IMG/VR virus record: IMGVR_UViG_3300032303_000488
Location: 18,994 to 82,993 of that record
DNA length: 64,000 bases
Strand: one strand, 5' to 3'
Source: a virus
Taxonomy: Duplodnaviria; Caudoviricetes
Below, piece after piece: positions 1-9,118 of the stretch (positions are counted from its first letter, which is position 1; each line of letters starts with the position of its first letter). A model generated the notes under the pieces. It worked only from the letters and a program-made list of their open reading frames with translations. It was not told where the DNA came from and searched no databases. A program made the translations under genes and the position numbers.

Positions 1-149
1 TACAATCTTAATACATGAATACATGCATCATCATAGTTCTCATCTTCTTCTGCGGTTGTAGGTATACCGTCATGGGTAGAACAAACAGCAGGACCAACCC
101 ATCCTTGTGTCAAACCATGTTGTAGCCATTCGTCAAAAGTCATTGACAT
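1..149 (-). CDS. Small hypothetical protein, runs off the window edge (MSMTFDEWLQHGLTQGWVGPAVCSTHDG...)
   Basis: Manual translation; ATG at 149 follows a GAAAGGGG SD-like sequence and a consensus promoter. Confidence 0.7.
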   Translation of the reverse strand, partial: MSMTFDEWLQHGLTQGWVGPAVCSTHDGIPTTAEEDENYDDACIHVLRL

Positions 150-153
150 AGAA

Positions 154-200
154 AAACCCCTTTCAGGTCTATATCTATTATAGGGCACCGAAAGGGGTTT
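154..200 (-). terminator. Intrinsic terminator overlapping the promoter
   Basis: 11-bp inverted repeat aaacccctttc (154-164) / gaaaggggttt (190-200), T-rich 3' end on the minus strand, just after the stop of 207..443. Confidence 0.55.
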
Positions 201-205
201 GTCAA
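177..205 (-). promoter_or_regulatory. Consensus housekeeping-sigma promoter TTGACA-17-TATAAT
   Basis: Minus strand reads TTGACA aacccctttcggtgccc TATAAT. Confidence 0.85.
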
Positions 206-206
206 G

Positions 207-443
207 TTATTTTTTTGCTGGAATGTTATCAACAAATGCTGCATTAATCTCGTCTTGAGTTAGTTTACCATCGTTTAGGTATCCACGAGACAAGTCTTCA
301 ATTACATTTGCAATTCCCATAAATCCTGCTAGGATAGCAGTCTGGACTACATTGATTCCAATTACTGCACCTGCACCAATAGTAGCCAAAGCGGTTACCA
401 AAAACAGAGCAAGCATACGCTTTGCAATCTTTAAAATATTCAT
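207..443 (-). CDS. Small membrane protein with two hydrophobic segments (holin-like size)
   Basis: 78 aa, two hydrophobic stretches; TAATG-coupled to the upstream gene. Confidence 0.7.
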   Translation of the reverse strand: MNILKIAKRMLALFLVTALATIGAGAVIGINVVQTAILAGFMGIANVIEDLSRGYLNDGKLTQDEINAAFVDNIPAKK

Positions 444-622
444 TAGTCTTCCTCCTTATCTTTTGGGTTTCTAAGTGGATAAGTAATCATCCATAGAACT
501 GATGTTCCAATGATTGCATATCCTACAACTGTTTTTGCTGAACCCTCAAGGACCAGCCATGCTACAAACATACCAAGGAGTGTCCAGGCTTGACCGAGTA
601 GGTCATTTAAAAATTTCTTCAT
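443..622 (-). CDS. 59-aa two-TM membrane protein (MKKFLNDLLGQAWTLLGMFVAWLVLEGS...), missing from the ORF track
   Basis: Manual translation; TAATG overlaps at both ends. Confidence 0.75.
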   Translation of the reverse strand: MKKFLNDLLGQAWTLLGMFVAWLVLEGSAKTVVGYAIIGTSVLWMITYPLRNPKDKEED

Positions 623-2553
623 TAATCTTTCCTCCTTCTATATCCTGTGCTAGATGAACCACCTGTTGGTGCTCCACCTGCTGATGGTGATGCCATGAGT
701 GCAGCACCTGTTGCTGCGTTTACTGCTGCTCCAACAGCAACAACTGCTGTTACAACAATCTTTTTTGATTCTTCTCTTACTTTAGTAGACATGTCGGAAC
801 CAACGTTTCCCATAAAGTTAAGTGCACCAACCAAAGCCGCTGCTCCTGGAATGGCTGCAAGTTCTTCAGAAATTACAATGTCATCTGCTTGGGCTGCTAC
901 AAATAGAGCGTCAAGAGCCTGTTCATATTCTGGTGAACCTTGTTCTGAATTATTTAGGATTTCATTTGCTACAGATATAAGTTCTGCTACTTGTTCATTT
1001 GAAAGTGATTGTGGGTCTACCGTGGCTATATCTACTGGTAACTCAGGTTGATTGGGTTCGGGGGACACTGGCGGCTCTGGTTCTGGTAGCGGTTCTGGGA
1101 TAACTTCTGTTGGCTTTTCAACAGGTTCCTCGGTCTCCGTAGGTGTAGGTGCTGGCTCTTCATAAGGTGGAATGGAGTCAAGTTCTTGTTGGACTGCAAC
1201 TAATTCCTCCTGTTTTGTTATTACATCCTGAGATGCTACTTCAATTATACCTGCTTTTTCTGTTTGAACTAACAAAGATGACTCATAATCCTGTTGTAGT
1301 TTGTCCCTATCTGATATTGCAAATAACAAAGTAGATTCTTTTTCATTCAAATCAATTTGTGCTATGCCTATTGGTATTAGCAATGCAGAGTCATTAATTA
1401 GTAGTGCATTGGCATCCTCATCTGGAATAACTATAACTATATCTTCTTTTCTGTATCTAGTTTCTTCTCTAAATAAATTAATCTCATCATATACAGTTAC
1501 TTCATCGTAAATTGTTTCCTCTGTGTACACAGTTACTTCTTGATATTTTACAACTGGCTGATAGATTGTTTCTGTTACTGTTGTTTCTCCAAACCAAGAT
1601 GCAGGAATAATTTGCATGTTGTCACCAGAAATTTTTGAATAAAGTTGTACCCATGCTCCACCACCATTTTCATAATAGTATAAAGTGGTAGGATAAAATA
1701 TACCTGCTCTAATCCATACTTCTTGGGAGGTGCTACCACCTCCGCCTTTGTCACGCCAATCATTGATAAGGCTCATACCAGCAATAGTTAATTTAACTCC
1801 GTCATCTCCTGGAGCATAAAAACTATACCATCCATCTTGTGGAACCATTAGGTTTCCTTCAAACTTAACTAAAACGTCTTCAGTCTTTCCAGAATTTAAA
1901 ACTTGACCTCCACCCCATTGGAAATCAATGTTTGGTACGTTTTGAGTGGCTAACGGTGTCTCTTGTTCTGTTGGAAGTGGTGGGGCATTATTGTATCCCT
2001 GTCTATTATATGAAATTGCTGTAAGTCCACCTGGAACTACCCTTGTAATTTCAATTGGCTCATAGTCCAAATAAGATTGTAGTTCTGTATGAGGCACAAG
2101 GATTGTTCTTGGAACTAACTCTGTTCTTGGAACTAATTCTGTATAAGGAACTTGAACTGTATAGGGAACATCAATAGTCTGTGTAATTTCTTTGTCAGGT
2201 CTCACCCAGTTAGGGTCTAAAATTAATTTTGTATTGTAATCATCTTTAGCCAAATCTAAACTTGCTTGTGCTTTAGTTACAAGTAGTTCTTTATTCTGTA
2301 CATCTATAATTTTGTTATCTAGGATTGTTTTATTTGACTCTACTATAGCATCAATGGTAGATTTATTATCTAATGCTACTTGATATGTTTCTTGAGCAAG
2401 AGTTAGTTTACTTTGAGCAGCATCAACTTTGCCTTGGGCTTCTGCAACTACTGCATCATACTCAGCCTTTGTTTCCGCAGAGGCTGTTGATGGAAAAAAT
2501 AGACAGGAAAAGGCTAATAGTATTGCTAATAAAAATCTTTGGGGTTTATTAAT
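622..2553 (-). CDS. Membrane-anchored PA14-domain surface protein; probable ATT start at 2553 (643 aa)
   Basis: PA14 motifs (NIDFQWGGG, GWYSFY..GDDGVKL, YYENGGGAWVQL); frame stays open 100 codons upstream of the TTG at 2253; AAGGAG 7 nt before ATT; signal-peptide-like N-terminus; C-terminal hydrophobic segment. Confidence 0.8.
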   Translation of the reverse strand: MNKPQRFLLAILLAFSCLFFPSTASAETKAEYDAVVAEAQGKVDAAQSKLTLAQETYQVALDNKSTIDAIVESNKTILDNKIIDVQNKELLVTKAQASLDLAKDDYNTKLILDPNWVRPDKEITQTIDVPYTVQVPYTELVPRTELVPRTILVPHTELQSYLDYEPIEITRVVPGGLTAISYNRQGYNNAPPLPTEQETPLATQNVPNIDFQWGGGQVLNSGKTEDVLVKFEGNLMVPQDGWYSFYAPGDDGVKLTIAGMSLINDWRDKGGGGSTSQEVWIRAGIFYPTTLYYYENGGGAWVQLYSKISGDNMQIIPASWFGETTVTETIYQPVVKYQEVTVYTEETIYDEVTVYDEINLFREETRYRKEDIVIVIPDEDANALLINDSALLIPIGIAQIDLNEKESTLLFAISDRDKLQQDYESSLLVQTEKAGIIEVASQDVITKQEELVAVQQELDSIPPYEEPAPTPTETEEPVEKPTEVIPEPLPEPEPPVSPEPNQPELPVDIATVDPQSLSNEQVAELISVANEILNNSEQGSPEYEQALDALFVAAQADDIVISEELAAIPGAAALVGALNFMGNVGSDMSTKVREESKKIVVTAVVAVGAAVNAATGAALMASPSAGGAPTGGSSSTGYRRRKD

Positions 2554-2597
2554 TTGTAGTCTCCTTGTTGGGAATGTCCAACAAAACTATTATACCA

Positions 2598-4394
2598 CTA
2601 CATTATATTTATGTTGAACTGTTTAAAGTATGCATCTAAATCTTTTTGCTCTGGTTTATTGCGTTGAATGATATTACGCTTGTCAAACTCATGCATTTCT
2701 TCCGTTGGTTTTCTGTCACGAAATGTATGTATTTCTACCATCTGATTCATGTCTTTTACAGTGTGAGAGATAGCACCAAAGATAGCACCGCATACAGCAT
2801 CTGCAAGGTCCTTAGAGGACTTTCTAGGGTGGTCTACACGATTACCCCTCATAATTTTTAATTCTGTTAATTCTTCAAACAGCAACTCTATGGCTGGCAT
2901 AGCAAGTCTTTCTTCGTAAACAAGCATAGCCATATCTTCATAGTGTTTCTTGGCAACAGATACAGTCTCAGTCTTTATACCAACAGACTTTAATTCATTT
3001 TGAATATCAAACGATTGCCAACGGTCAAACGATACCATACCCAAATCAAATCCAAGTCTCCTCAAGTTCTGAATCCATTGCTTTACCTCTGAAAGGTTAA
3101 CAGGACCTTCAACTTTTGGTTCCCAATATACTACTGCATCTACCACTACGATAGGCATTACTTGGGCATAATCTTTAACTACCTGCACATTTACCCATTT
3201 TTCAACGTGAGCAATAGCCACAGCACATTTGTCGTGGCGTTGTGCAAGGTCAGCATGGACAAAGTATTTTTTATCTGGGTCTGGTTTAAATGATTCCATA
3301 AAACTTTTATTAGAATCAATGGGGTTTACAATTGTCATACAAGCACGAACTTTTTCCTGTTGCTTAAAGAAAGCGTCAGAGGCGTAGGTGGGGACACAAG
3401 CAAAACGCATCATGGCATCTCCCAGGTCTGTATAGAACGCTAATTTAAAGTCATCAATTTTACGAGTAGGATTTACCACCCATGTAGGTCTTTTAATAGC
3501 AAACATTCCTGGAAATTTATAAGACAAAATATTATCTTCTTCCCATTCAATATCTAGGCTATTTCCATCTGCATCTTCTGGCAAATCTGCATTCATAATA
3601 AACTTATGTTTCTTTATTACCACTTCTTTTTCGGCAATAACTGAGTCATACCTTTGGCTAATAAAGTCCCCAGGATAGCGTGGAAAAGAAAGTAGTGCTA
3701 CTTTGCCTAAGTCTGGAAAACGACTGTCTACGGAGGCACGGAAGGCTTTATAGATGTTGTCTGCGGTTTTTCCTTGGTCATTTCCAGTTCCAACTTCATT
3801 AGCAAAACCAGAAATTTCATCCAGCACTGCCAGAATAAGGTTTAGACCTTCGTGAGACTCTCGTTCTGAGTGTCCAGAATAAACAGTAATAGCATTATTA
3901 AACTCAATGCTATCTACTTTTGCATAATATTTACCAGCGAACCAAGGTGAACGCTCAATTTTGTTTTTGAAGCCCTTAAAAAAAACGTTCTTAGCCTGTT
4001 GTGCGTTAACAGCAATGTTGATAATATCAATAGCGTCTCCAGTAGGTTTGCCAAAATAACGAGCAGGGTCTTTAAGACAAAGTAATTTATAAACAATATA
4101 GGAACAAGCGACAGTAGAAACAAAATCCTTACCAGAACCTTTTCCAAGTTGTAGGATTACTTCATTCTTTGTATATTTTTTGTAGTATCTACGACCTTCT
4201 TCTTCACCAAGTAGTTCTATAACCTCTTCTAGTCTATAAATTTGTGACATTGCTTCAACAATGTCATACTGAATTTGAGATAGTGGTGGCTGTTGCAAAT
4301 AGTCTTCACCTTCAACAAATGTTTTAACATCTACTGGTATCTCTGCAAAAACGTTGCTCTTTAGTACCTCAAGAAAATCATTGAACATTGACAA
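2598..4394 (-). CDS. terL: Terminase large subunit
   Basis: Walker A QLGKGSGKD, Walker B LAVLDE, nuclease motifs HADLA, FDRWQS, KDLADA. Confidence 0.92.
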   Translation of the reverse strand: MSMFNDFLEVLKSNVFAEIPVDVKTFVEGEDYLQQPPLSQIQYDIVEAMSQIYRLEEVIELLGEEEGRRYYKKYTKNEVILQLGKGSGKDFVSTVACSYIVYKLLCLKDPARYFGKPTGDAIDIINIAVNAQQAKNVFFKGFKNKIERSPWFAGKYYAKVDSIEFNNAITVYSGHSERESHEGLNLILAVLDEISGFANEVGTGNDQGKTADNIYKAFRASVDSRFPDLGKVALLSFPRYPGDFISQRYDSVIAEKEVVIKKHKFIMNADLPEDADGNSLDIEWEEDNILSYKFPGMFAIKRPTWVVNPTRKIDDFKLAFYTDLGDAMMRFACVPTYASDAFFKQQEKVRACMTIVNPIDSNKSFMESFKPDPDKKYFVHADLAQRHDKCAVAIAHVEKWVNVQVVKDYAQVMPIVVVDAVVYWEPKVEGPVNLSEVKQWIQNLRRLGFDLGMVSFDRWQSFDIQNELKSVGIKTETVSVAKKHYEDMAMLVYEERLAMPAIELLFEELTELKIMRGNRVDHPRKSSKDLADAVCGAIFGAISHTVKDMNQMVEIHTFRDRKPTEEMHEFDKRNIIQRNKPEQKDLDAYFKQFNINIM

Positions 4395-4911
4395 TGGTTA
4401 TAACCTCTTGCTCTTTTGATACCTGCGAAAGCCTACGCATAATCTCGTCACGAATCTGTGGATACTCACTTGCAATATCTCTAAGAATACCAACAAGTAC
4501 ATCTTGTTTGTGTTCAATGTTTAGCATCTCTTCTGCCAGTTCTTTATTCTCAAGTAGACCAGCCTTTTGTAGCATGTCTATACGTTTGCTTTCAATATCC
4601 ATAACAAGTTTAATTGCGGCAGTCTTGGCACCAAGATTAGCAACAGTGGTAGCATCATCCATAACTTCGTATGCTTTACTAATTAGTTTGTTATAGTGTG
4701 TGTCTGCACCAACCAATGCTTCCTTTGCCCTAGCACGAATAGCAGCATTGTCAGAAGCCATTACACGCCACTGATTAATGTGGGCTACAACTTTTTGACG
4801 TGGTAGTGCAAGTGCTTTAGAAATTTGGGTAGGTTCTTCACCTTGGAGGTACTTCTCCACAACCTTATTCATCTCATCAAGATGTTCAACCGTTAATTCT
4901 TCAATCGACAT
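4378..4911 (-). CDS. Putative terminase small subunit (N-terminal HTH, helical body)
   Basis: Overlaps the terL start; HTH-like QISKALALPRQKVVAHI; helical composition. Confidence 0.55.
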   Translation of the reverse strand: MSIEELTVEHLDEMNKVVEKYLQGEEPTQISKALALPRQKVVAHINQWRVMASDNAAIRARAKEALVGADTHYNKLISKAYEVMDDATTVANLGAKTAAIKLVMDIESKRIDMLQKAGLLENKELAEEMLNIEHKQDVLVGILRDIASEYPQIRDEIMRRLSQVSKEQEVITIVNVQ

Positions 4912-5188
4912 TTTTCTTTGGTCTTCCTCGTTTTGTTGGAATTCTTTTTATCCTATCTGGAGTAAAAGAACGCCATATAGTAGGCTTTGCTTTTTGCATT
5001 TCAAAGCAGTCTACCCAAACTTTACCAGTTTCTGTATTGGTAACAAGACTTTCAAACATAAACTTTACGCCATGTTCCCCATCTATCTTAATGATATCAC
5101 CTTTAGCAATAGTAAAATTGCCGATTTCTAGGCTATCTTCTTTGTCAAATTTTGTTTGAATTTGTTTAACTAATTTTACTTTTTTCAT
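4901..5188 (-). CDS. Hypothetical protein
   Basis: 95-aa ORF coupled to its neighbours. Confidence 0.7.
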   Translation of the reverse strand: MKKVKLVKQIQTKFDKEDSLEIGNFTIAKGDIIKIDGEHGVKFMFESLVTNTETGKVWVDCFEMQKAKPTIWRSFTPDRIKRIPTKRGRPKKNVD

Positions 5189-5340
5189 CTTTTTGACTTC
5201 CTTAACTTAAACTTGGCTAAATAAACATAGACTGTTTCTACGCTAGTGCCACACTCTAAAGCAATTTGCTCTGGAGTTTTTTTATCTACATGGAATCTTT
5301 TGCGAAGCCACGCCTCATTGGTATAAAATTTATTAGCCAT
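5185..5340 (-). CDS. Small HTH DNA-binding protein
   Basis: MANKFY...TPEQIALECGTSVETVYVYLAKF; start at 5340 overlaps the upstream stop. Confidence 0.7.
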   Translation of the reverse strand: MANKFYTNEAWLRKRFHVDKKTPEQIALECGTSVETVYVYLAKFKLRKSKR

Positions 5341-5915
5341 CAGTATCCAAACGCCTTGTCCCAATTTTTTAAAGCCCAATGACCAATAGCACAAGCATCT
5401 GCAACATCGTCATCATCTAATTGTTTATCATAGTTTATATTAACAAAATTAATTGTTTTTTGTTTTCGAATACTTCGTTCTTCATTCTTAAACCAAGACA
5501 CAGATTTTCCTGGATTCTTTTTCTGTATCTCGTGTTTTTCTTCTTTGGTTATCTTCTTGTTGCCAATAAAGTTCTGCCATGTCATAGGTGAGACTGAGCC
5601 AATCCTCTTTACCCCAGCCATAGATGCAGCACCAAGCAATGCTCCCTGAACCATAGCCAACTGAGCGGCAGTCTTAGGACTGTTCATAAAGACTGTGTGT
5701 TCAATTATAATAGTATCAAAATCAAACTTATCAAAGAAGGCTTTTGTTTTCTTAGCAGCATCCATAACCTTGTCATAGGTAGACACGCCCTCAAACTTAA
5801 TCTTGCCACAAGCAATAATTTTATTATCGTCAAAGATGGCAAACGCTAGGCTGTTTGTGCTGGCATCAATAGCACAGAATCGTTTTGGTTTTTTAGTCAA
5901 GTTTAGTTTTACCAT
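5340..5915 (-). CDS. RuvC-like Holliday junction resolvase
   Basis: AIDAST, IIIEH and DDDVADA acidic motifs of the RuvC fold. Confidence 0.8.
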   Translation of the reverse strand: MVKLNLTKKPKRFCAIDASTNSLAFAIFDDNKIIACGKIKFEGVSTYDKVMDAAKKTKAFFDKFDFDTIIIEHTVFMNSPKTAAQLAMVQGALLGAASMAGVKRIGSVSPMTWQNFIGNKKITKEEKHEIQKKNPGKSVSWFKNEERSIRKQKTINFVNINYDKQLDDDDVADACAIGHWALKNWDKAFGY

Positions 5916-6192
5916 TTAGGATATCCTTAATCTCTTTAAGAGTGTCTTTAACGTCATCTGGATTTACCTCACAATTTTGACAAATAGTTTCCTCGGTGTA
6001 GATTGACAATTGTTTGTTACAAGATTTACAAAGTCTGACTTTTCCAACACGCTTCTTTACCTTATCCTTTAAATATTTTTCAGCAATCTTTTCTCTAGTT
6101 GCTTGTTCCCTGCATTCAGCAGAGCAGTATATCTGATAAGATAGTTTAGTTTGAAATTGCTTATCGCACCAATTACAGTGTTTGTTCTTCAT
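5893..6192 (-). CDS. Zinc-binding hypothetical protein
   Basis: CNWC, YCSAEC, CKSC, CQNC. Confidence 0.7.
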   Translation of the reverse strand: MKNKHCNWCDKQFQTKLSYQIYCSAECREQATREKIAEKYLKDKVKKRVGKVRLCKSCNKQLSIYTEETICQNCEVNPDDVKDTLKEIKDILNGKTKLD

Positions 6193-6982
6193 TTAAAGGC
6201 TCCAGAGATTTAATTTTTATCTCTCCAGAACCTGCAGAAGCACAAGCCGCTTGTATAGGGCATGTCTTGCATATCTTTGAATTAGAACGATAATTTTTCT
6301 CTGGCAGGGTTTTATCTTCCCAAGCCTTTCGAACATTCCTCATCCACTCAAAAGTGTTCTCTACCCACTCGTACATGTACTGATTTAATTCTACAGGAAA
6401 AATCAACAGTTCGTGATTGTTCTTGTTTTCATAAATCAGGATTGCTTTGCTTCTATTAAGAATCTTCATGTAAATAAGCAACTGGACCATATGCCCTAGT
6501 TTTGGCTTACCTGCACTTTTGCGATACTCAAATCCTTCATTCGGCATTGTCTTAATCTCACCAAGTAACTCTTGGTCTTCCCAATTAAGAATAACATCCC
6601 CATAGCCAAAGATTGGTGGGCTGTCGTATGTTACCTTGAATTCCGAATCTACAAGCAGACCAGGGACATTACCCATTGCTGTTTGAATTCTTTCGTGTGC
6701 CTTTGTACCAGCAGTCATGTTCGCACCGCCATAAGCATCAGCATTGTCTGTAAAGTTTGCACCCTCAAAGGCTAGATACCAATAGCGTGGACATTCTCCA
6801 TGAGAGAATGCTATTGTGCTAGGTGCAAATGTTTTCTTTGTTTGAAACTTATCTACACGATTGACAGTATAACCAGAGTTAATCTTTTCAATCAATGCTT
6901 CTTTGTCAAGGAATGAAGGTTTTGAATTTGGATTCGCATCAATCTTCTTGAGCATCACTTGTTGCAATAAATTTTTAGCCAT
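6173..6982 (-). CDS. Cas4-like / PD-(D/E)xK exonuclease
   Basis: ECPRYWY, GYGD..GEIKT, QLLIY and C-terminal CKTCPIQAAC (Fe-S cysteine pattern). Confidence 0.85.
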   Translation of the reverse strand: MAKNLLQQVMLKKIDANPNSKPSFLDKEALIEKINSGYTVNRVDKFQTKKTFAPSTIAFSHGECPRYWYLAFEGANFTDNADAYGGANMTAGTKAHERIQTAMGNVPGLLVDSEFKVTYDSPPIFGYGDVILNWEDQELLGEIKTMPNEGFEYRKSAGKPKLGHMVQLLIYMKILNRSKAILIYENKNNHELLIFPVELNQYMYEWVENTFEWMRNVRKAWEDKTLPEKNYRSNSKICKTCPIQAACASAGSGEIKIKSLEPLNEEQTL

Positions 6983-6988
6983 GATAAT

Positions 6989-7294
6989 TTAGCGAGTAAT
7001 ATATTTAAGAGCCGATACGAGGTTGTTAATAGCCTCTGCAGCGGTGTAGTAAATATTCTTTTTCGCTCTGTCTCCTTTATCTACGTTAGTAAGCCATGTG
7101 GCTTTGAAAGACATCTTCGCAGCAATTGCTTGCAAACGAACGATTTCTACTTGTGCAACGTTAAGTGGAATGTCTGGCTTAAGAATTACCTTAGCAATAA
7201 AGGTAAGAGCAGTAGTCAGTTCTTCATCATTCATAAAGTCAGCAATCTCTGTAAGACCATTGACCTGTTCAATTGTTGTCTGTGTTTGTTCCAT
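6989..7294 (-). CDS. Hypothetical helical protein
   Basis: 101-aa ORF with an AAGGA SD and an upstream TATAAT. Confidence 0.7.
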   Translation of the reverse strand: MEQTQTTIEQVNGLTEIADFMNDEELTTALTFIAKVILKPDIPLNVAQVEIVRLQAIAAKMSFKATWLTNVDKGDRAKKNIYYTAAEAINNLVSALKYITR

Positions 7295-7320
7295 TTTGTT
7301 TCCTTAATGTTATAGTTCTA

Positions 7321-7620
7321 TTATACACTATCAGGTGGTAATAGGTCAAGTATCATCTCTAGCAAAGACAACTCAATGACTGCTAGTCTTGTTTTGATTC
7401 CAGTATCGCCAAGGACAACTACAATTGCTGGGTTATTGTTATTACGAATAGCATCTGTAGTTGCCTTAGCCCAAACATCTTTATTTAGGGTAAAGGACTT
7501 GCCAACCTCTTTGAAGTCAACAGTAAACCCTTCCCAAGAAGCATCGCCCTTGTGAGTACCCCTGCCAGAGTTCTTGTGCTGTTTAGCACCAATACGCTTA
7601 CTCTCGCTTCTCTCGCTCAT
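7321..7620 (-). CDS. Small PD-(D/E)xK nuclease (Hjc-like resolvase)
   Basis: E..KRIGA..NSGRG..KGDA..TVDFKE pattern. Confidence 0.65.
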   Translation of the reverse strand: MSERSESKRIGAKQHKNSGRGTHKGDASWEGFTVDFKEVGKSFTLNKDVWAKATTDAIRNNNNPAIVVVLGDTGIKTRLAVIELSLLEMILDLLPPDSV

Positions 7621-7780
7621 AGTCTTTCTTCTTATTGTTTTTTAAACTAACCTCATTTAAATGTTTGTCTGGACACATCCAAGTTATTAATTTGTCTGAT
7701 GGATATACTCTTACAGACTTTACTTCTACCCTGCATGTATGACAAGGAAACTTACCTGGGTAGACTGTGTATTTACCCAC
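7598..7780 (-). CDS. Small zinc-ribbon protein
   Basis: CHTC...CPDKH; GTG start at 7780 overlaps the recA stop. Confidence 0.6.
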   Translation of the reverse strand: MGKYTVYPGKFPCHTCRVEVKSVRVYPSDKLITWMCPDKHLNEVSLKNNKKKDYEREKRE

Positions 7781-8780
7781 GAACAACCCTAGCCTTAATA
7801 TCATCTTGTAGGTCCAAGTCTTCACGAACACGAGCCACAAACTTATCTCTACCCTGTAATTTAGTTCCATCTGGTAGGATATACCAAGCACCTGTGCGTT
7901 CTACAATACCCATCATCTCTGCAGTATCAACCAAATCACCAATGCTATCAATGCCAACATCGCCTCGGAAATAAAAATCGTATTCTCCAGATTGGAATGC
8001 TGGCGATGTCTTGCTAAATTGAATCTCCCAACGAATCTTCCTACCAACTTTTTCCTCAATGAGTTTATCGCCAACTGCAATCTTGCCTTTAATTGCTTGA
8101 TTGTCTGATTCGGAAGAGAATAACTTGATAACCGTTGATGAATAAAACTTAGTAGCCTGACCACCTGAAGGCTGTTGACTAGTATACATAGCAGAAATAT
8201 TGTTACGAGATTGCGAGATAAGAACCATAAGGGTTGGCTTAACTTTGTTATTAGCATAATTAAGCATTTTCCAAGCGTTACTAAAATCTCTAGACTCCGC
8301 ACCAATCTGTTTAGTATTTTCCAATTGTTTAAGTTCATCAGTATCCTTTTCAAAATAGATAGCAGGTAGCAGTGATGTAATTGAATCAATTACAATCAAG
8401 TCTACCCCTGCGTTCATTAGGTTAGTTCCCACATCAACCATCTCATTAATAGTTCTGGCTTGTGACACAATAAGTTTATCTGTGTCTACCCCAAGTCTTT
8501 TAGCCCAGTCTTCAGAGTAAGCCATCTCTGCATCAATCCAAGCACACAACTTGCCTTCTTCCTGAGCCAGAGCAACCATCTGTAGACAAAGTGAAGACTT
8601 AGCAGAAGACTTGCTTCCCCAAACCAATACCTGTCTGCCCATAGGTAGTCCACCATTAAGTGCACGGTTAAGTCCAAAACTAGGGGTAGCCTGATATTCT
8701 GTTTTAAATCCAACACCATTAGTCAAACGCTTACGAATGCGTGGGTCTAGTGCTGCCATTGCTTCTTCTATAGTTGTCAT
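7773..8780 (-). CDS. recA: RecA/UvsX-like recombinase
   Basis: P-loop region GSKSSAKS, AWIDAE, LIVIDS, SGGQATKFYSS, C-terminal GAWY. Confidence 0.9.
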   Translation of the reverse strand: MTTIEEAMAALDPRIRKRLTNGVGFKTEYQATPSFGLNRALNGGLPMGRQVLVWGSKSSAKSSLCLQMVALAQEEGKLCAWIDAEMAYSEDWAKRLGVDTDKLIVSQARTINEMVDVGTNLMNAGVDLIVIDSITSLLPAIYFEKDTDELKQLENTKQIGAESRDFSNAWKMLNYANNKVKPTLMVLISQSRNNISAMYTSQQPSGGQATKFYSSTVIKLFSSESDNQAIKGKIAVGDKLIEEKVGRKIRWEIQFSKTSPAFQSGEYDFYFRGDVGIDSIGDLVDTAEMMGIVERTGAWYILPDGTKLQGRDKFVARVREDLDLQDDIKARVVRG

Positions 8781-9118
8781 TAGAAACGAACCCCATGTCT
8801 TTCTGGTCTAGACTTATTGTAGCCAGTCTTCTTTTCAAAAGCATCGTCAAGGCTACCATTGACATACTCAAACTCACGGAGACCTGCGTACAAGTCAAGA
8901 GTGCGAATAATAATGTCAGCCATTTCATCTGCTACTTCTTCTGGTCCTTTGGACTTTCGAATTGCTTCCATAACCTCTACCGTTTCTGACACAATCATCA
9001 TTAGTTGTTTAGTCATAAATATATCCAAGGATTCTTTATCATCATTGTTATAGGCAATGCCCCAAAAACCCTTTTCTACTGCGGTTTCGTGCAGTTCTTT
9101 TGCTACTTCATCAAACAT
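8780..9118 (-). CDS. MazG-like nucleotide pyrophosphohydrolase
   Basis: SETVEVMEA...EEVADEMADIIIR EXXE/EXXD motifs. Confidence 0.8.
   Translation of the reverse strand: MFDEVAKELHETAVEKGFWGIAYNNDDKESLDIFMTKQLMMIVSETVEVMEAIRKSKGPEEVADEMADIIIRTLDLYAGLREFEYVNGSLDDAFEKKTGYNKSRPERHGVRF

Noticed and set aside
6173-6982. Cas4-like gene and early-region repeats as a CRISPR system
   Set aside because: No other cas genes. The repeats are short, irregularly spaced, tied to promoters and separated by ORFs, so not a repeat-spacer array. Solo Cas4-like nucleases are common in phage recombination modules.
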